The notes below the pieces were generated by a model. That model had not been told where the DNA came from, did no database searches, and worked only from the letters and a program-made list of their open reading frames with translations. From the NCBI GenBank assembly GCA_965216635.1, contig OZ244188.1, positions 96,001 through 160,000 of the forward strand: a stretch of 64,000 nt of DNA. Direction: 5' to 3'. Source of the stretch: a bacterium (GTDB lineage Bacteria > SAR324 > XYD2-FULL-50-16 > G965216635). The translations under genes and the position numbers were made by a program. Below are positions 50,313-59,251 of the stretch, in pieces; within the stretch, counting starts at the first letter, position 1; each line of letters begins with the position of its first letter.

Positions 50313-51812
50313 TTAAAATTCAGTAACTCTAGTTTTCACCTTAGTTTTTCCCTGCTCTGTTGTTTCCAAATAAAATTTATAAAGTAGATTTTGAGATACA
50401 GCACTGCGGTATTCTTTCGTTGCTCTCAAATCGCTAATAGGAGAGTAGTCTTTTTGCAAAGTTTTCATTGTAGCCATTATTGTCTCTTCTTCCCATAGTT
50501 TGCCTAGCAAAGCCTGTTCGGTTTTATAAGCTCTTTTGGGGAAGGCAGACATACCTGAAAAAGCGATGGCTATTTTTTGAATGCTGTTAGCATCATCTAG
50601 TTCAAGTTGGAAAGCTCCGCAAAGTGCAGATATATCATCGTCTATTCTTTTGGATATTTTGTAAATTCTAAAATACTGTTTTTCTGTGGGTTTTGGAATT
50701 TGAATCTGTTCTATAAACTCCCCTTTTTTCAGGGCTGTTTTTCTGTAGTCAAGAAAAAAATCTGTAGCTAGAATCACTCTAGTTTTTGCTGCGTGCCCAG
50801 TAGATACTTGGCAAGCTTGCCTTAAAACAAAACGCGCCCCCCAAACCAATAGAGCTGGTGGAGTGTCGGCTACTGCTGAAGCGTTGGCGAGGTTGCCGCC
50901 AATACTAGCTTGATTTCTAATTTGTGGAGAAGCAAATCTTGTCAACAGCAAGGCAAAGTCGGGGTAATATTTTTCAAAAATAAAAAAAAGTTTAGCAAGT
51001 GGCACAGCAGATCCTAAATGGAGTTCGGTTTTTGTTTCCTTGATAATATTTAATTCTGCCACTCTGTGTAAATCAATAATGGCATAAAATCTCTGATGCC
51101 TCTGGGTGATTGCTAGAGATAAATCCGTTCCTCCACAGCTAAGTTTGGCATCTGGATTTTGTAGTAGAAGGTGAATGAAATTTTTTAAGTTTGTAGGAAG
51201 ATAGTAATTTTTTATAAGAGTATCTCCGCCTAGCGCTGTTTTGGCTGGAGATTCTTTAAGGCTATGCAGTAGTTTTAAAGTTTTTTTCTCCTCGCACGGG
51301 TGGGCATCTGCTGGTGTATCTGCTGGTGTATCTATTGGGGCTTGAAGAGCAGCATCTATAATTGCTCTGTAACCAGTGCAGCGGCAAAGATTCCCAGTCA
51401 AACCTTCCAAGACCTGTTCACGAGTAGGTTTTATGTGGTTTTGAAACAGCGCAAATAAAGACATCACAAAACCAGGTGTGCAAAAACCACATTGGGAGCC
51501 GTGATAATCTACCAAAGCTTGTTGCACAGGGTGTAACCCTTTTTTATCTTTTAAACCCTCTACTGTTATCAACTGATTGCCTTCTAAATTGCCCAGCAAG
51601 GCTATGCAAGAGTTAATCGTCCGATATTTTAGTTTTGTATATTTAGAATCTGGCTCTGCGAGAACTACAGTGCAGGCTCCACAATCACCACTAGCGCAAC
51701 CTTCTTTAGTGCCACAAAAACCCTCTTTTCGTAAATACTCCAAAATCGTTGTATTGGCGTTTTCTTCTTGGATAGTGCGGATTTCATTTTTGTTAAGTAG
51801 GAATTGGAGCAT
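50313..51812 (-). CDS. xdhA: Xanthine dehydrogenase small (Fe-S/FAD) subunit (start moved to ATG 51812)
   Basis: GTKEGCASGDCGACTV, SQCGFCTPGF, GNLCRCTGY, GGTDL, IRNQASIGGN, YKISKRIDDDIS. Confidence 0.95.
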   Translation of the reverse strand: MLQFLLNKNEIRTIQEENANTTILEYLRKEGFCGTKEGCASGDCGACTVVLAEPDSKYTKLKYRTINSCIALLGNLEGNQLITVEGLKDKKGLHPVQQALVDYHGSQCGFCTPGFVMSLFALFQNHIKPTREQVLEGLTGNLCRCTGYRAIIDAALQAPIDTPADTPADAHPCEEKKTLKLLHSLKESPAKTALGGDTLIKNYYLPTNLKNFIHLLLQNPDAKLSCGGTDLSLAITQRHQRFYAIIDLHRVAELNIIKETKTELHLGSAVPLAKLFFIFEKYYPDFALLLTRFASPQIRNQASIGGNLANASAVADTPPALLVWGARFVLRQACQVSTGHAAKTRVILATDFFLDYRKTALKKGEFIEQIQIPKPTEKQYFRIYKISKRIDDDISALCGAFQLELDDANSIQKIAIAFSGMSAFPKRAYKTEQALLGKLWEEETIMATMKTLQKDYSPISDLRATKEYRSAVSQNLLYKFYLETTEQGKTKVKTRVTEF

Positions 51813-51962
51813 AATAAAAAGTATAATTATTGTTTTTATTAAAAACACCCTAATAAACCAAAGCCTACTAATAGTAAAATAGATAATCAAGAAAAAAAAC
51901 GCTGGCAATACCTATTTGATGATTTTAAGAGCTCTTATCCTTTTAATGGATGATTTTTATTT

Positions 51963-52040
51963 TTTTGGGGCGCGTCAGTCCAGTTAGCAGTTGGTGGGTT
52001 GGTTGTGACTATATTGCAACTTTTAAAAACTGCGAGTTAA
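51963..52040 (+). pseudogene. 3'-terminal remnant of a Bdr/DUF1640-like paralog
   Basis: Translates FWGASVQLAVGGLVVTILQLLKTAS*, matching the C-terminal anchor of the 58.5-61.6 kb genes; in-frame TGA at 51951 upstream. Confidence 0.75.
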
Positions 52041-52237
52041 AATTTTTTTTTGCTTTTCGTGAAAACAAAAAAAACACAAAGCTCTCACTAAAAATAAACC
52101 CTTGCATTAAGTTATATTTTGGCTAAACTAGGAAAATGTTAAAAAAAAATAAAGAATTATTTTTTTTTGTTTGCTTTTAATTTTTTTTCAGTTATATTTC
52201 TATTTTTACCTTCTTCTAACCTTTATTAAATATTATT

Positions 52238-53491
52238 ATGCAAGAAGTAACAAAAAGGGCGTTAAATAGCTCTCTTAAAAATTGTGAGACAAAATTAGCT
52301 CAATTTAACCAACGGGCTGGTTTTCAACGGGCGAGTTTTCGTGGAGCGTTATTGCTAGGTGCGGTTTTGTTGAGTTTGCTATTTGTAGGTAATCTGCAAG
52401 CACAGAGCAGCGTTAGCACAAAACAGGGATTTTTCGCGGGTATTGTCTATCTACAAGGATTCGGAGTAGATACCACAAAAACTAGCACAAGCTCTGCTAC
52501 TGGCTATGAAATCACTGGCTATGGAGAGGCAACCACTGGAATAGATTTAACTGGTGGAAATCCTAACTGGCCTACTGCAACAGCAACTGGAATGAGAGCT
52601 TTACTAAAAGCAAACTGTGAAACAGGAATAACGAGGATTACACAAACAGATGGAAATTACTTTTTCCCCGTGAGTACCTTTAGCTCTTTTAATGAGATTA
52701 AGGATGCTACTGTAACATCCCTAGACAGTGTTACTGGAGTTCGATTTAGAAATGGAAAAGACCCAAGTGAAGACTCCCATTGTCGTAGGCATTTTTACGG
52801 TGATCTTTCCTCTGGAAGAACCGCTATTAATTTTTCTGCCTATGAGATAGCGACTCCAGATTCGCTTTCAAAATCCCCTCTCCCCAGCACAGAGAGCGAC
52901 GCACTCAACGGTGTCGGTCTGCAAGTCGGCTGGCGAGGAGAAAAATGGAGAGCCTCCTTGACTCACTTTACTGGCAAGGGTGGAGCTAACGAGCTCGTCA
53001 ATACAGTGGTGATGGCGGAGTATTTTTTTCACGAGGAGTTTTTTGCAGGAGGCGGTCTAGCGAGTATGAAGCTTACCAATGGCTCTACTAGTGCTTCGGC
53101 TACTAGTCCCGTGTTAACGGTAGGCTATAAGGAGAACTTAACTCCCAACCTATTCTTTAATATTAGCTTGACGAAGTATATCTCGGGGGTTTCTCTGAGC
53201 CGTTCTGCTCCAGCTTCTGCTCCGATTCCCACTGGCAGAACTTTTAGCGAAACACAGACTGCACGCGGTGATTCAGCCTTTCTTGGAGGCCTAGTTTATA
53301 TAAATGACAGGGGAAGTGCATTTAAATTCAGTTATGATGTTGGTGCTATTGTAGATAGCAGAATAGAAGTAACCCAAGTCCGCACAAGAGATGTGGAAAT
53401 ACAAGAAGTTGAAATTCCAGCAGCGGAGAAAATTGAAGCTGAAATCAAAGCCCCCGTAGTCGTCAGCATTTCCCTGCTTTGGCGCTTTTAA
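52238..53491 (+). CDS. Variable outer-membrane beta-barrel surface protein, paralog 1
   Basis: Long signal peptide ending NLQA; constant strands GFFAGIVYLQG, GVGLQVGW, FFAGGGLA, VGYKENL, VVVSISLLWRF; two variable insertions. Confidence 0.78.
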   Translation: MQEVTKRALNSSLKNCETKLAQFNQRAGFQRASFRGALLLGAVLLSLLFVGNLQAQSSVSTKQGFFAGIVYLQGFGVDTTKTSTSSATGYEITGYGEATTGIDLTGGNPNWPTATATGMRALLKANCETGITRITQTDGNYFFPVSTFSSFNEIKDATVTSLDSVTGVRFRNGKDPSEDSHCRRHFYGDLSSGRTAINFSAYEIATPDSLSKSPLPSTESDALNGVGLQVGWRGEKWRASLTHFTGKGGANELVNTVVMAEYFFHEEFFAGGGLASMKLTNGSTSASATSPVLTVGYKENLTPNLFFNISLTKYISGVSLSRSAPASAPIPTGRTFSETQTARGDSAFLGGLVYINDRGSAFKFSYDVGAIVDSRIEVTQVRTRDVEIQEVEIPAAEKIEAEIKAPVVVSISLLWRF

Positions 53492-53597
53492 CAGAGTTGT
53501 TGAAAAAAATGCAAAATTCTTTTTTTTTGTTTGCTTTTAATTTTTTTTCAGTTATATTTCTAATTTTAATCTCTTCTAACTTTTATTAAATATTATT

Positions 53598-54902
53598 ATG
53601 CAAGAAGTAACAAAAAGAGCGTTAAAAACACCTCTTAAAAATTGTGAGACAAAAGTAGCCCAATTTAATCAACGGGCTGGTTTTCAATGGGCTGGTTTTC
53701 AATGGGCTGGTTTTCAATGGGCTGGCTTCAAATGGAATGGCGTTGTATTGCTAGGTGCGATTTTGTTGAGTTTGCTATTTGTAGGTAATCTGCAAGCACA
53801 GAGCAGCGTTAGCACAAAACAGGGATTTTTCGCGGGTATTGTTTATCTACAAGGATTCGGAGTAGATACCACAAAAACTAGCACAAGCTCTGCTACTGGC
53901 TATGAAATCACTGGCTATTCAAACGACGAAACTAGAATAGACGCAACAGGTGGGAATATTTATTTGAATAAGATAGTACTAACTAGCATCAGAGTTTTAT
54001 TCAAAGAAAACTGTGAAGCAGGAACAACGAGTATTACACAAACAGGTGGAGATGCAAATTCAAATGGAAATTACTATTTTGCCTCGAAGCACTTCAGCTC
54101 TTTTAATGAGATTAAGGATGCTACTGAAACAGCCAAGGGAGGCACTATTGTTGAAACTGGATTTAGAAATGGAACAGTGGCAACTCATGACTCCTATTGT
54201 CGCAGGTACTTTTACGGAGATCTTTCCTCTGGAAGAACCACTATTAGTTTTTCTGCCTATGAGATAGCGACTCCAGATTCGCCTTCAAAACCCCCCGTCA
54301 CCAGCACAGAGAGCGACGCACTCAACGGTGTCGGTCTGCAAGTCGGCTGGCGAGGAGAAAAATGGAGAGCCTCTCTGACTCACTTTACTGGCAAGGGTGG
54401 AGCTAACGAGCTCGTCAATACAGTGGTGATGGCGGAGTATTTTTTTCACGAGGAGTTTTTTGCAGGAGGCGGTCTAGCGAGTATGAAACTTACCAATGGA
54501 TCTACTAGCGCCTCGGCTACTAGTCCCGTGTTAACGGTAGGCTATAAGGAGAACTTAACTCCCAACCTATTCTTTAATATTAGCTTGACGAAGTATATCT
54601 CGGGTATTTCTCTGAGCCGTTCTACTAATCCAGCTCAGATTCCCACTGGCGCCCCTCTTATAAGAAAAACACAGACTAAAGATGGTGATACAGTGTACAT
54701 TGGAGGAATAGTTGAGAGGAATGAAGCACGGTTTCGATATAGCTCCGCATTAGAAAGTGTGTCAGATTCCAGAATAGAAGCAACCCAAGTCCGTAGCCGA
54801 GATGTGGAAATACAACAAGTCACAACTCCAGCAGCGCAGAAGATAGAAGCCGAAATCAAAGCCCCCGTAGTCGTCAGCATTTCCCTGCTGTGGCGCTTTT
54901 AA
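53598..54902 (+). CDS. Variable outer-membrane beta-barrel surface protein, paralog 2
   Basis: Same constant blocks; AGFQW repeats in signal peptide. Confidence 0.78.
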   Translation: MQEVTKRALKTPLKNCETKVAQFNQRAGFQWAGFQWAGFQWAGFKWNGVVLLGAILLSLLFVGNLQAQSSVSTKQGFFAGIVYLQGFGVDTTKTSTSSATGYEITGYSNDETRIDATGGNIYLNKIVLTSIRVLFKENCEAGTTSITQTGGDANSNGNYYFASKHFSSFNEIKDATETAKGGTIVETGFRNGTVATHDSYCRRYFYGDLSSGRTTISFSAYEIATPDSPSKPPVTSTESDALNGVGLQVGWRGEKWRASLTHFTGKGGANELVNTVVMAEYFFHEEFFAGGGLASMKLTNGSTSASATSPVLTVGYKENLTPNLFFNISLTKYISGISLSRSTNPAQIPTGAPLIRKTQTKDGDTVYIGGIVERNEARFRYSSALESVSDSRIEATQVRSRDVEIQQVTTPAAQKIEAEIKAPVVVSISLLWRF

Positions 54903-55009
54903 CAGAATTGTTGAAAAAAATGCAAAATTCTTTTTTTTTATTTTCTTTTTTATTTTTTTTCAGTTATATTTCTATTTTTACCTTCTTCTAACCTTTATTA
55001 AATATTATT

Positions 55010-56353
55010 ATGCAAGAAGTAACAAAAAGGGCGTTAAAAACACCTCTTAAAAATTGTGAGACAAAAGTAGCTCAGGCTGGTTTTCAATGGGCTAACCAAT
55101 GGGCTAATCAACGGGCTGGTTTTCAATGGGCTAATCAACGGGCTGGATTCCAATGGAATGGCGTTGTATTGCTAGGTGCGGTTTTGTTGAGTTTGCTATT
55201 TGTAGGTAATCTGCAAGCACAGAGCCCCAATGGAAACACAAAACAGGGATTTTTCGCGGGTATTGTTTATCTACAAGGATTCGGAGTAGATACCACAAAA
55301 ACTAGCACAAGCTCTGCTACTGGCTATGAAATCACTGGCTATTCAAATGACGAAACTAGAATAGACGCAACCTCTGGATTGTCTTATTGGGATACCCCAG
55401 CGGGGACGACAGCCGGAATTGGAGCTAGAGCTTTAATAGCGGCAAACTGTGAACGTGATGCAACAAATACTACATATCTAGGTGAAAATTATTATCTTCC
55501 AAGAAATTTCTATTTCTTCGATTCTTTTGATCCTGGTGCGAAACAGTCTTTAGCTGATATTAATAGTTCAATGAATGATGCTACTGTTACTTTTAATGAC
55601 GACACTATTTCTAGTAGAATCTTTCGTTCAGGATTGGTAGCTGGAGAAACATCCTATTGTAAAACTTACTTTGATAGCCTTCCCCAAATTAATTTTTCTG
55701 CCTATGATGTAACTCCAGATTCGCCTTCAAAACCCCCCGTCACCAGCACAGAGAGCAACGCACTCAACGGTGTTGGTCTGCAATTCGGCTGGCGAGGAGA
55801 AAAATGGAGAGCCTCCTTGACTCACTTTACTGGCAAAGGTGGAGCTAACGAGCTCGTCAATACAGTGGTGATGGCGGAGTATTTTTTTCACGAGGAGTTT
55901 TTTGTAGGAGGCGGTCTAGCGAGTATGAAGCTTACCAATGGCTCTACTAGCGCCTCGGCTACTAGTCCCGTGATCACGGTAGGCTATAAGGAGAACTTAA
56001 CTCCCAACCTATTCTTTAATATTAGCTTGACAAAGTATATCTCGGGTATTTCTCTGAGCCGTTCTACTAGTCCTACAGCTACTAACAAAACTTTTACCCG
56101 CACACAGACTGAACGCGGTAAAGATAGTCATAAAGCAACGATTGGTAGCAGAATCACAGTTCCTGCTAATCGGCAAAGCGGGGTAGGCGCTATTTTTCAA
56201 CAAGCAGCAGGTCCTGATAATAGAATAGAAGTAACCCAATTCCGCAGCAGAGATGTGGAAATAGAAGAAGTCACAACTCCAGCAACGCAGAAGATAGAAG
56301 CTGAAATCAAAGCCCCCGTAGTCGTCAGCATTTCCCTGCTGTGGCGCTTTTAA
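55010..56353 (+). CDS. Variable outer-membrane beta-barrel surface protein, paralog 3
   Basis: Same constant blocks; most divergent variable regions. Confidence 0.78.
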   Translation: MQEVTKRALKTPLKNCETKVAQAGFQWANQWANQRAGFQWANQRAGFQWNGVVLLGAVLLSLLFVGNLQAQSPNGNTKQGFFAGIVYLQGFGVDTTKTSTSSATGYEITGYSNDETRIDATSGLSYWDTPAGTTAGIGARALIAANCERDATNTTYLGENYYLPRNFYFFDSFDPGAKQSLADINSSMNDATVTFNDDTISSRIFRSGLVAGETSYCKTYFDSLPQINFSAYDVTPDSPSKPPVTSTESNALNGVGLQFGWRGEKWRASLTHFTGKGGANELVNTVVMAEYFFHEEFFVGGGLASMKLTNGSTSASATSPVITVGYKENLTPNLFFNISLTKYISGISLSRSTSPTATNKTFTRTQTERGKDSHKATIGSRITVPANRQSGVGAIFQQAAGPDNRIEVTQFRSRDVEIEEVTTPATQKIEAEIKAPVVVSISLLWRF

Positions 56354-56379
56354 TAGAGTTGTGTAGGCACCGAATCACC

Positions 56380-56520
56380 TAAACTTTTGAATTTGCATTC
56401 TGTTTAGCCTATGCAGCGTTAAAAAAAAATTTTAACTCTTGAAATATTACATATATTCCTGCGAGCTAAAATTTTTTTTTGCCTTGCCTAGCCGTCACAT
56501 AACGCAAATTCAAAGGTCTA
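56380..56520 (-). mobile_element. MITE-like repeat, short form, inside a GTAG-type palindrome
   Basis: TAAACTTTTGAATTTGC ... GCAAATTCAAAGGTCTA; bracketed by GTAGGCACCGA and TCGGTGCC. Confidence 0.8.
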
Positions 56521-56805
56521 TTACCTAAACTCGGTGCCATTCAAAAAACCACCTCCCCGCCAAACCGCATCCCCTCCAAAAACACCTAAAAAAACAAAAT
56601 TGCAGGGACATTTTTTTTGCTTTTCGTGAAAACAAAAAAAACACAAAGCTCTCACTAAAAATAAACCCTTGCATTAAGTTATATTTTGGCTAAACTAGGA
56701 AAATTTTAAAAAAAGATAAAAAGTTATGTTTTTTTTGTTTGCTTTTAATTTTTTTTCAGTTATATTTCTATTTTTACCTTCTTCTAACCTTTATTAAATA
56801 TTATT

Positions 56806-58089
56806 ATGCAAGAAGTAACAAAAAGGGCGTTAAATAGCTCTCTTAAAAATTGTGAGACAAAAGTAGCTCAGGCTGGTTTTCAATGGGCTAATCAACGGGC
56901 TGGATTCCAATGGAATGGCGTTGTATTGCTAGGTGCGGTTTTGTTGAGTTTGCTATTTGTAGGTAATCTGAAAGCACAAACCCAAAATGGTTCCAATGGA
57001 AGCACAAAACAGGGATTTTTCGCTGGTATTGTCTATCTACAAGGATTCGGAGTAGATACCACAAAAAGCAGCACAAACTCTGCTACTGGCTATAGAATCA
57101 AATATTCAAACGATATTACTGGAATAGACGCAACAGGTGGGAATCATACGTTGAGCCCTTTACTTTTACTAACTAGCATCAGAGCTTTATTCAAAGAAAA
57201 CTGTGAAGAAGGAACAACGAATTTTACACAAACGGGTGGACAAGCAAATTCAAATGGAAATTACTATTTTACCAGGGATTACTTCGTATCTTTTAATGAG
57301 ATTAAGGATGCTACTGTAATAGAATTTGTAGACCCTATTGCTCGAACTAGATTTAACAATGGAAAAGTGGTAACTCATGACTCCTATTGTCGCAGGTACT
57401 TTTACGGTGATCTTTCCTCCACTAGAACCCCTATTAATCTTCCTGATCCTGATGTGACTGCAGATTCGCTTTCAAAACCCCCCGTCACCAGCACAGAGAG
57501 CGATGCACTCAACGGTATCGGTCTGCAAGTCGGCTGGCGAGGGGAAAAATGGAGAGCCTCTCTGACTCACTTCACTGGCAAAGGTGGAGCTAACGAGCTC
57601 GCCAATACAGTGGTAATGGCGGATTATTTTTTTCACGAGAAATTTTTTGCAGGAGGCGGTCTAGCGAGTATGAAGCTTACCAATGGTTCAACTAGCGCCT
57701 CGGCTACTAGCCCCGTGGTTCAAGTAGGCTATAAGGAAAACTTAACTCCCAACCTATTCTTTAATATTAGCTTGACAAAGTATATCTCGGGTATTTCTCT
57801 GAGCCGTTCTACTAATCCAGCTCCGATTCCCACTGGCGCCCCTCTTATTAGAAAAACACAGACTAAAGATGGTGATACAGTATTCATTGGAGGAACAGTT
57901 ACTAGAATTGACAGGTCGAATCAATATAACTCCTTATTTAGCAGTGTGTTAGATTCCAGAATAGAAGTAACCCAAGTCCGCAGCCGAGATGTGGAAATAC
58001 AACAAGTCACAACTCCAGCAGCGCAGAAGATAGAAGCCGAAATCAAAGCCCCCGTAGTCGTCAGCATTTCCCTGCTTTGGCGCTTTTAA
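56806..58089 (+). CDS. Variable outer-membrane beta-barrel surface protein, paralog 4
   Basis: Same constant blocks; variable regions closest to paralog 2; upstream 190 bp nearly identical to that of paralog 1. Confidence 0.78.
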   Translation: MQEVTKRALNSSLKNCETKVAQAGFQWANQRAGFQWNGVVLLGAVLLSLLFVGNLKAQTQNGSNGSTKQGFFAGIVYLQGFGVDTTKSSTNSATGYRIKYSNDITGIDATGGNHTLSPLLLLTSIRALFKENCEEGTTNFTQTGGQANSNGNYYFTRDYFVSFNEIKDATVIEFVDPIARTRFNNGKVVTHDSYCRRYFYGDLSSTRTPINLPDPDVTADSLSKPPVTSTESDALNGIGLQVGWRGEKWRASLTHFTGKGGANELANTVVMADYFFHEKFFAGGGLASMKLTNGSTSASATSPVVQVGYKENLTPNLFFNISLTKYISGISLSRSTNPAPIPTGAPLIRKTQTKDGDTVFIGGTVTRIDRSNQYNSLFSSVLDSRIEVTQVRSRDVEIQQVTTPAAQKIEAEIKAPVVVSISLLWRF

Positions 58090-58128
58090 CAGAAAAAAAC
58101 CTACAATGGATGTTGCAAAGCATAACAT

Positions 58129-58235
58129 GTAGAGACGCCCTACACGGGCGTCTTATATGATGTGCATAAACCACAAAAAAAACTATTTTAATAAAAGTTC
58201 TGAATTTATGAGACGCTCGTATAGAGCGTCTCTAC
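58129..58235. repeat. Inverted pair of GTAG-type REP-like palindromes (REPIN-like)
   Basis: GTAG-AGACGCCC-TACAC-GGGCGTCT on plus; GTAG-AGACGCTC-TATAC-GAGCGTCT on minus. Confidence 0.75.
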
Positions 58236-58420
58236 AGACCTACATAAAATAAAAAATAACGCCCCGCATTTCCCCAAACATCTTCTTAAGAACGGGGACA
58301 CATTTTTACCCAAAATGGTTGAATAAGCAAAAAATAACGTTCCCGCAAAAACACCTAAAAAACAAAATTGCAGTGGGCATTTTTTTAATTTTGCCCTATA
58401 ATCTTTTTATTTTTTGGGGC

Positions 58421-58449
58421 TTGACTTCACTAGAATAGTTTGCTAAAAT
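58421..58449 (+). promoter_or_regulatory. Putative sigma70 promoter of the coiled-coil gene array
   Basis: TTGACT-17 bp-TAAAAT with extended -10 TG. Confidence 0.65.
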
Positions 58450-58458
58450 AAAACAACC

Positions 58459-58510
58459 AAAATAAAATGTTAAGAAAAATAAAATGTTAAGAAAAATAAA
58501 ATGTTAAGAA
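58459..58510 (+). repeat. 17-bp tandem repeat x3 containing the start codon
   Basis: AAAATAAAATGTTAAGA x3; third unit opens the ORF. Confidence 0.85.
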
Positions 58511-59022
58511 CAACTACCGCACAAAAATTTACTTCTACTAAAATCTACGATCTTTTGATTGGACTAGGTGCAGAAAAAAAGAGCGCAGAGATTGCTATTG
58601 GAGAGTTTGTAGAACTGGTCCCAAAAGCTTTGGCTTCTAGTACAACAGAAACTGGTTTGGATACCACTCTTCCTACGGACAAAGGGGATATCTGGAGATT
58701 AGAATCCATCATTTCAGACAACAAAAGCGATACAGACATAAAACTGAAAGAAATTGAGAAGGAAATAGTAAAAATCAAAAGCAACCTAAAAGAAACTATA
58801 GCAAAAACCAAAAGCGACCTAAAAGAAACTATAGCAAAAATCGAAAGCAACTTAAAAGAAACTATAGCAAAAAACAAAAGCGATACCGATTTAAAAATAG
58901 AAATGATGAGAACAGAAGCAGAAAAAAACAAAAACGCTCTATTGATTATAGGAATTTCAACACAGCTAGCAGTTGGTGGGCTGGTTGTGGCTGTATTACA
59001 GCTTTTAAAAGTTTTGACTTAA
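58501..59022 (+). CDS. Bdr/DUF1640-like coiled-coil protein with C-terminal membrane anchor, paralog 1 (type A)
   Basis: Head FTSTKIYDLLIGLGAEKK, neck TDKGDI, 11-aa repeats KS(N/D)LKETIAK, C-terminal hydrophobic helix. Confidence 0.72.
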   Translation: MLRTTTAQKFTSTKIYDLLIGLGAEKKSAEIAIGEFVELVPKALASSTTETGLDTTLPTDKGDIWRLESIISDNKSDTDIKLKEIEKEIVKIKSNLKETIAKTKSDLKETIAKIESNLKETIAKNKSDTDLKIEMMRTEAEKNKNALLIIGISTQLAVGGLVVAVLQLLKVLT

Positions 59023-59107
59023 TAAAGTAGCAGAAAAGTTTAGCTTATCTGCAAAATGTATTTTGGCGAGGGGATATTTTTTGGGGGCATTGACTTTAAA
59101 AGGAGAA

Positions 59108-59177
59108 TTTGCCAAAATAAGTTTGCCAAAATAAGTTTGCCAAAATAAGTTTGCCAAAATAAGTTTGCCAAAATAAG
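59108..59177 (+). repeat. 14-bp tandem repeat x5 in a putative promoter
   Basis: TTTGCCAAAATAAG x5 downstream of TTGACT at 59090; only x2 in the duplicated spacer near 60436. Confidence 0.9.
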
Positions 59178-59251
59178 TTTGATTGCTATGATCTTTTTAG
59201 GTAGAATTTATAAAAATAAAACAACCAGCTATAAAAACCTTTAAAAATAAA

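Noticed and set aside
52238..58089. Diversity-generating retroelement or invertase shufflon as the source of variation
   Set aside because: No reverse transcriptase or recombinase in the window; differences include indels and all base types; all paralogs are full-length and co-oriented
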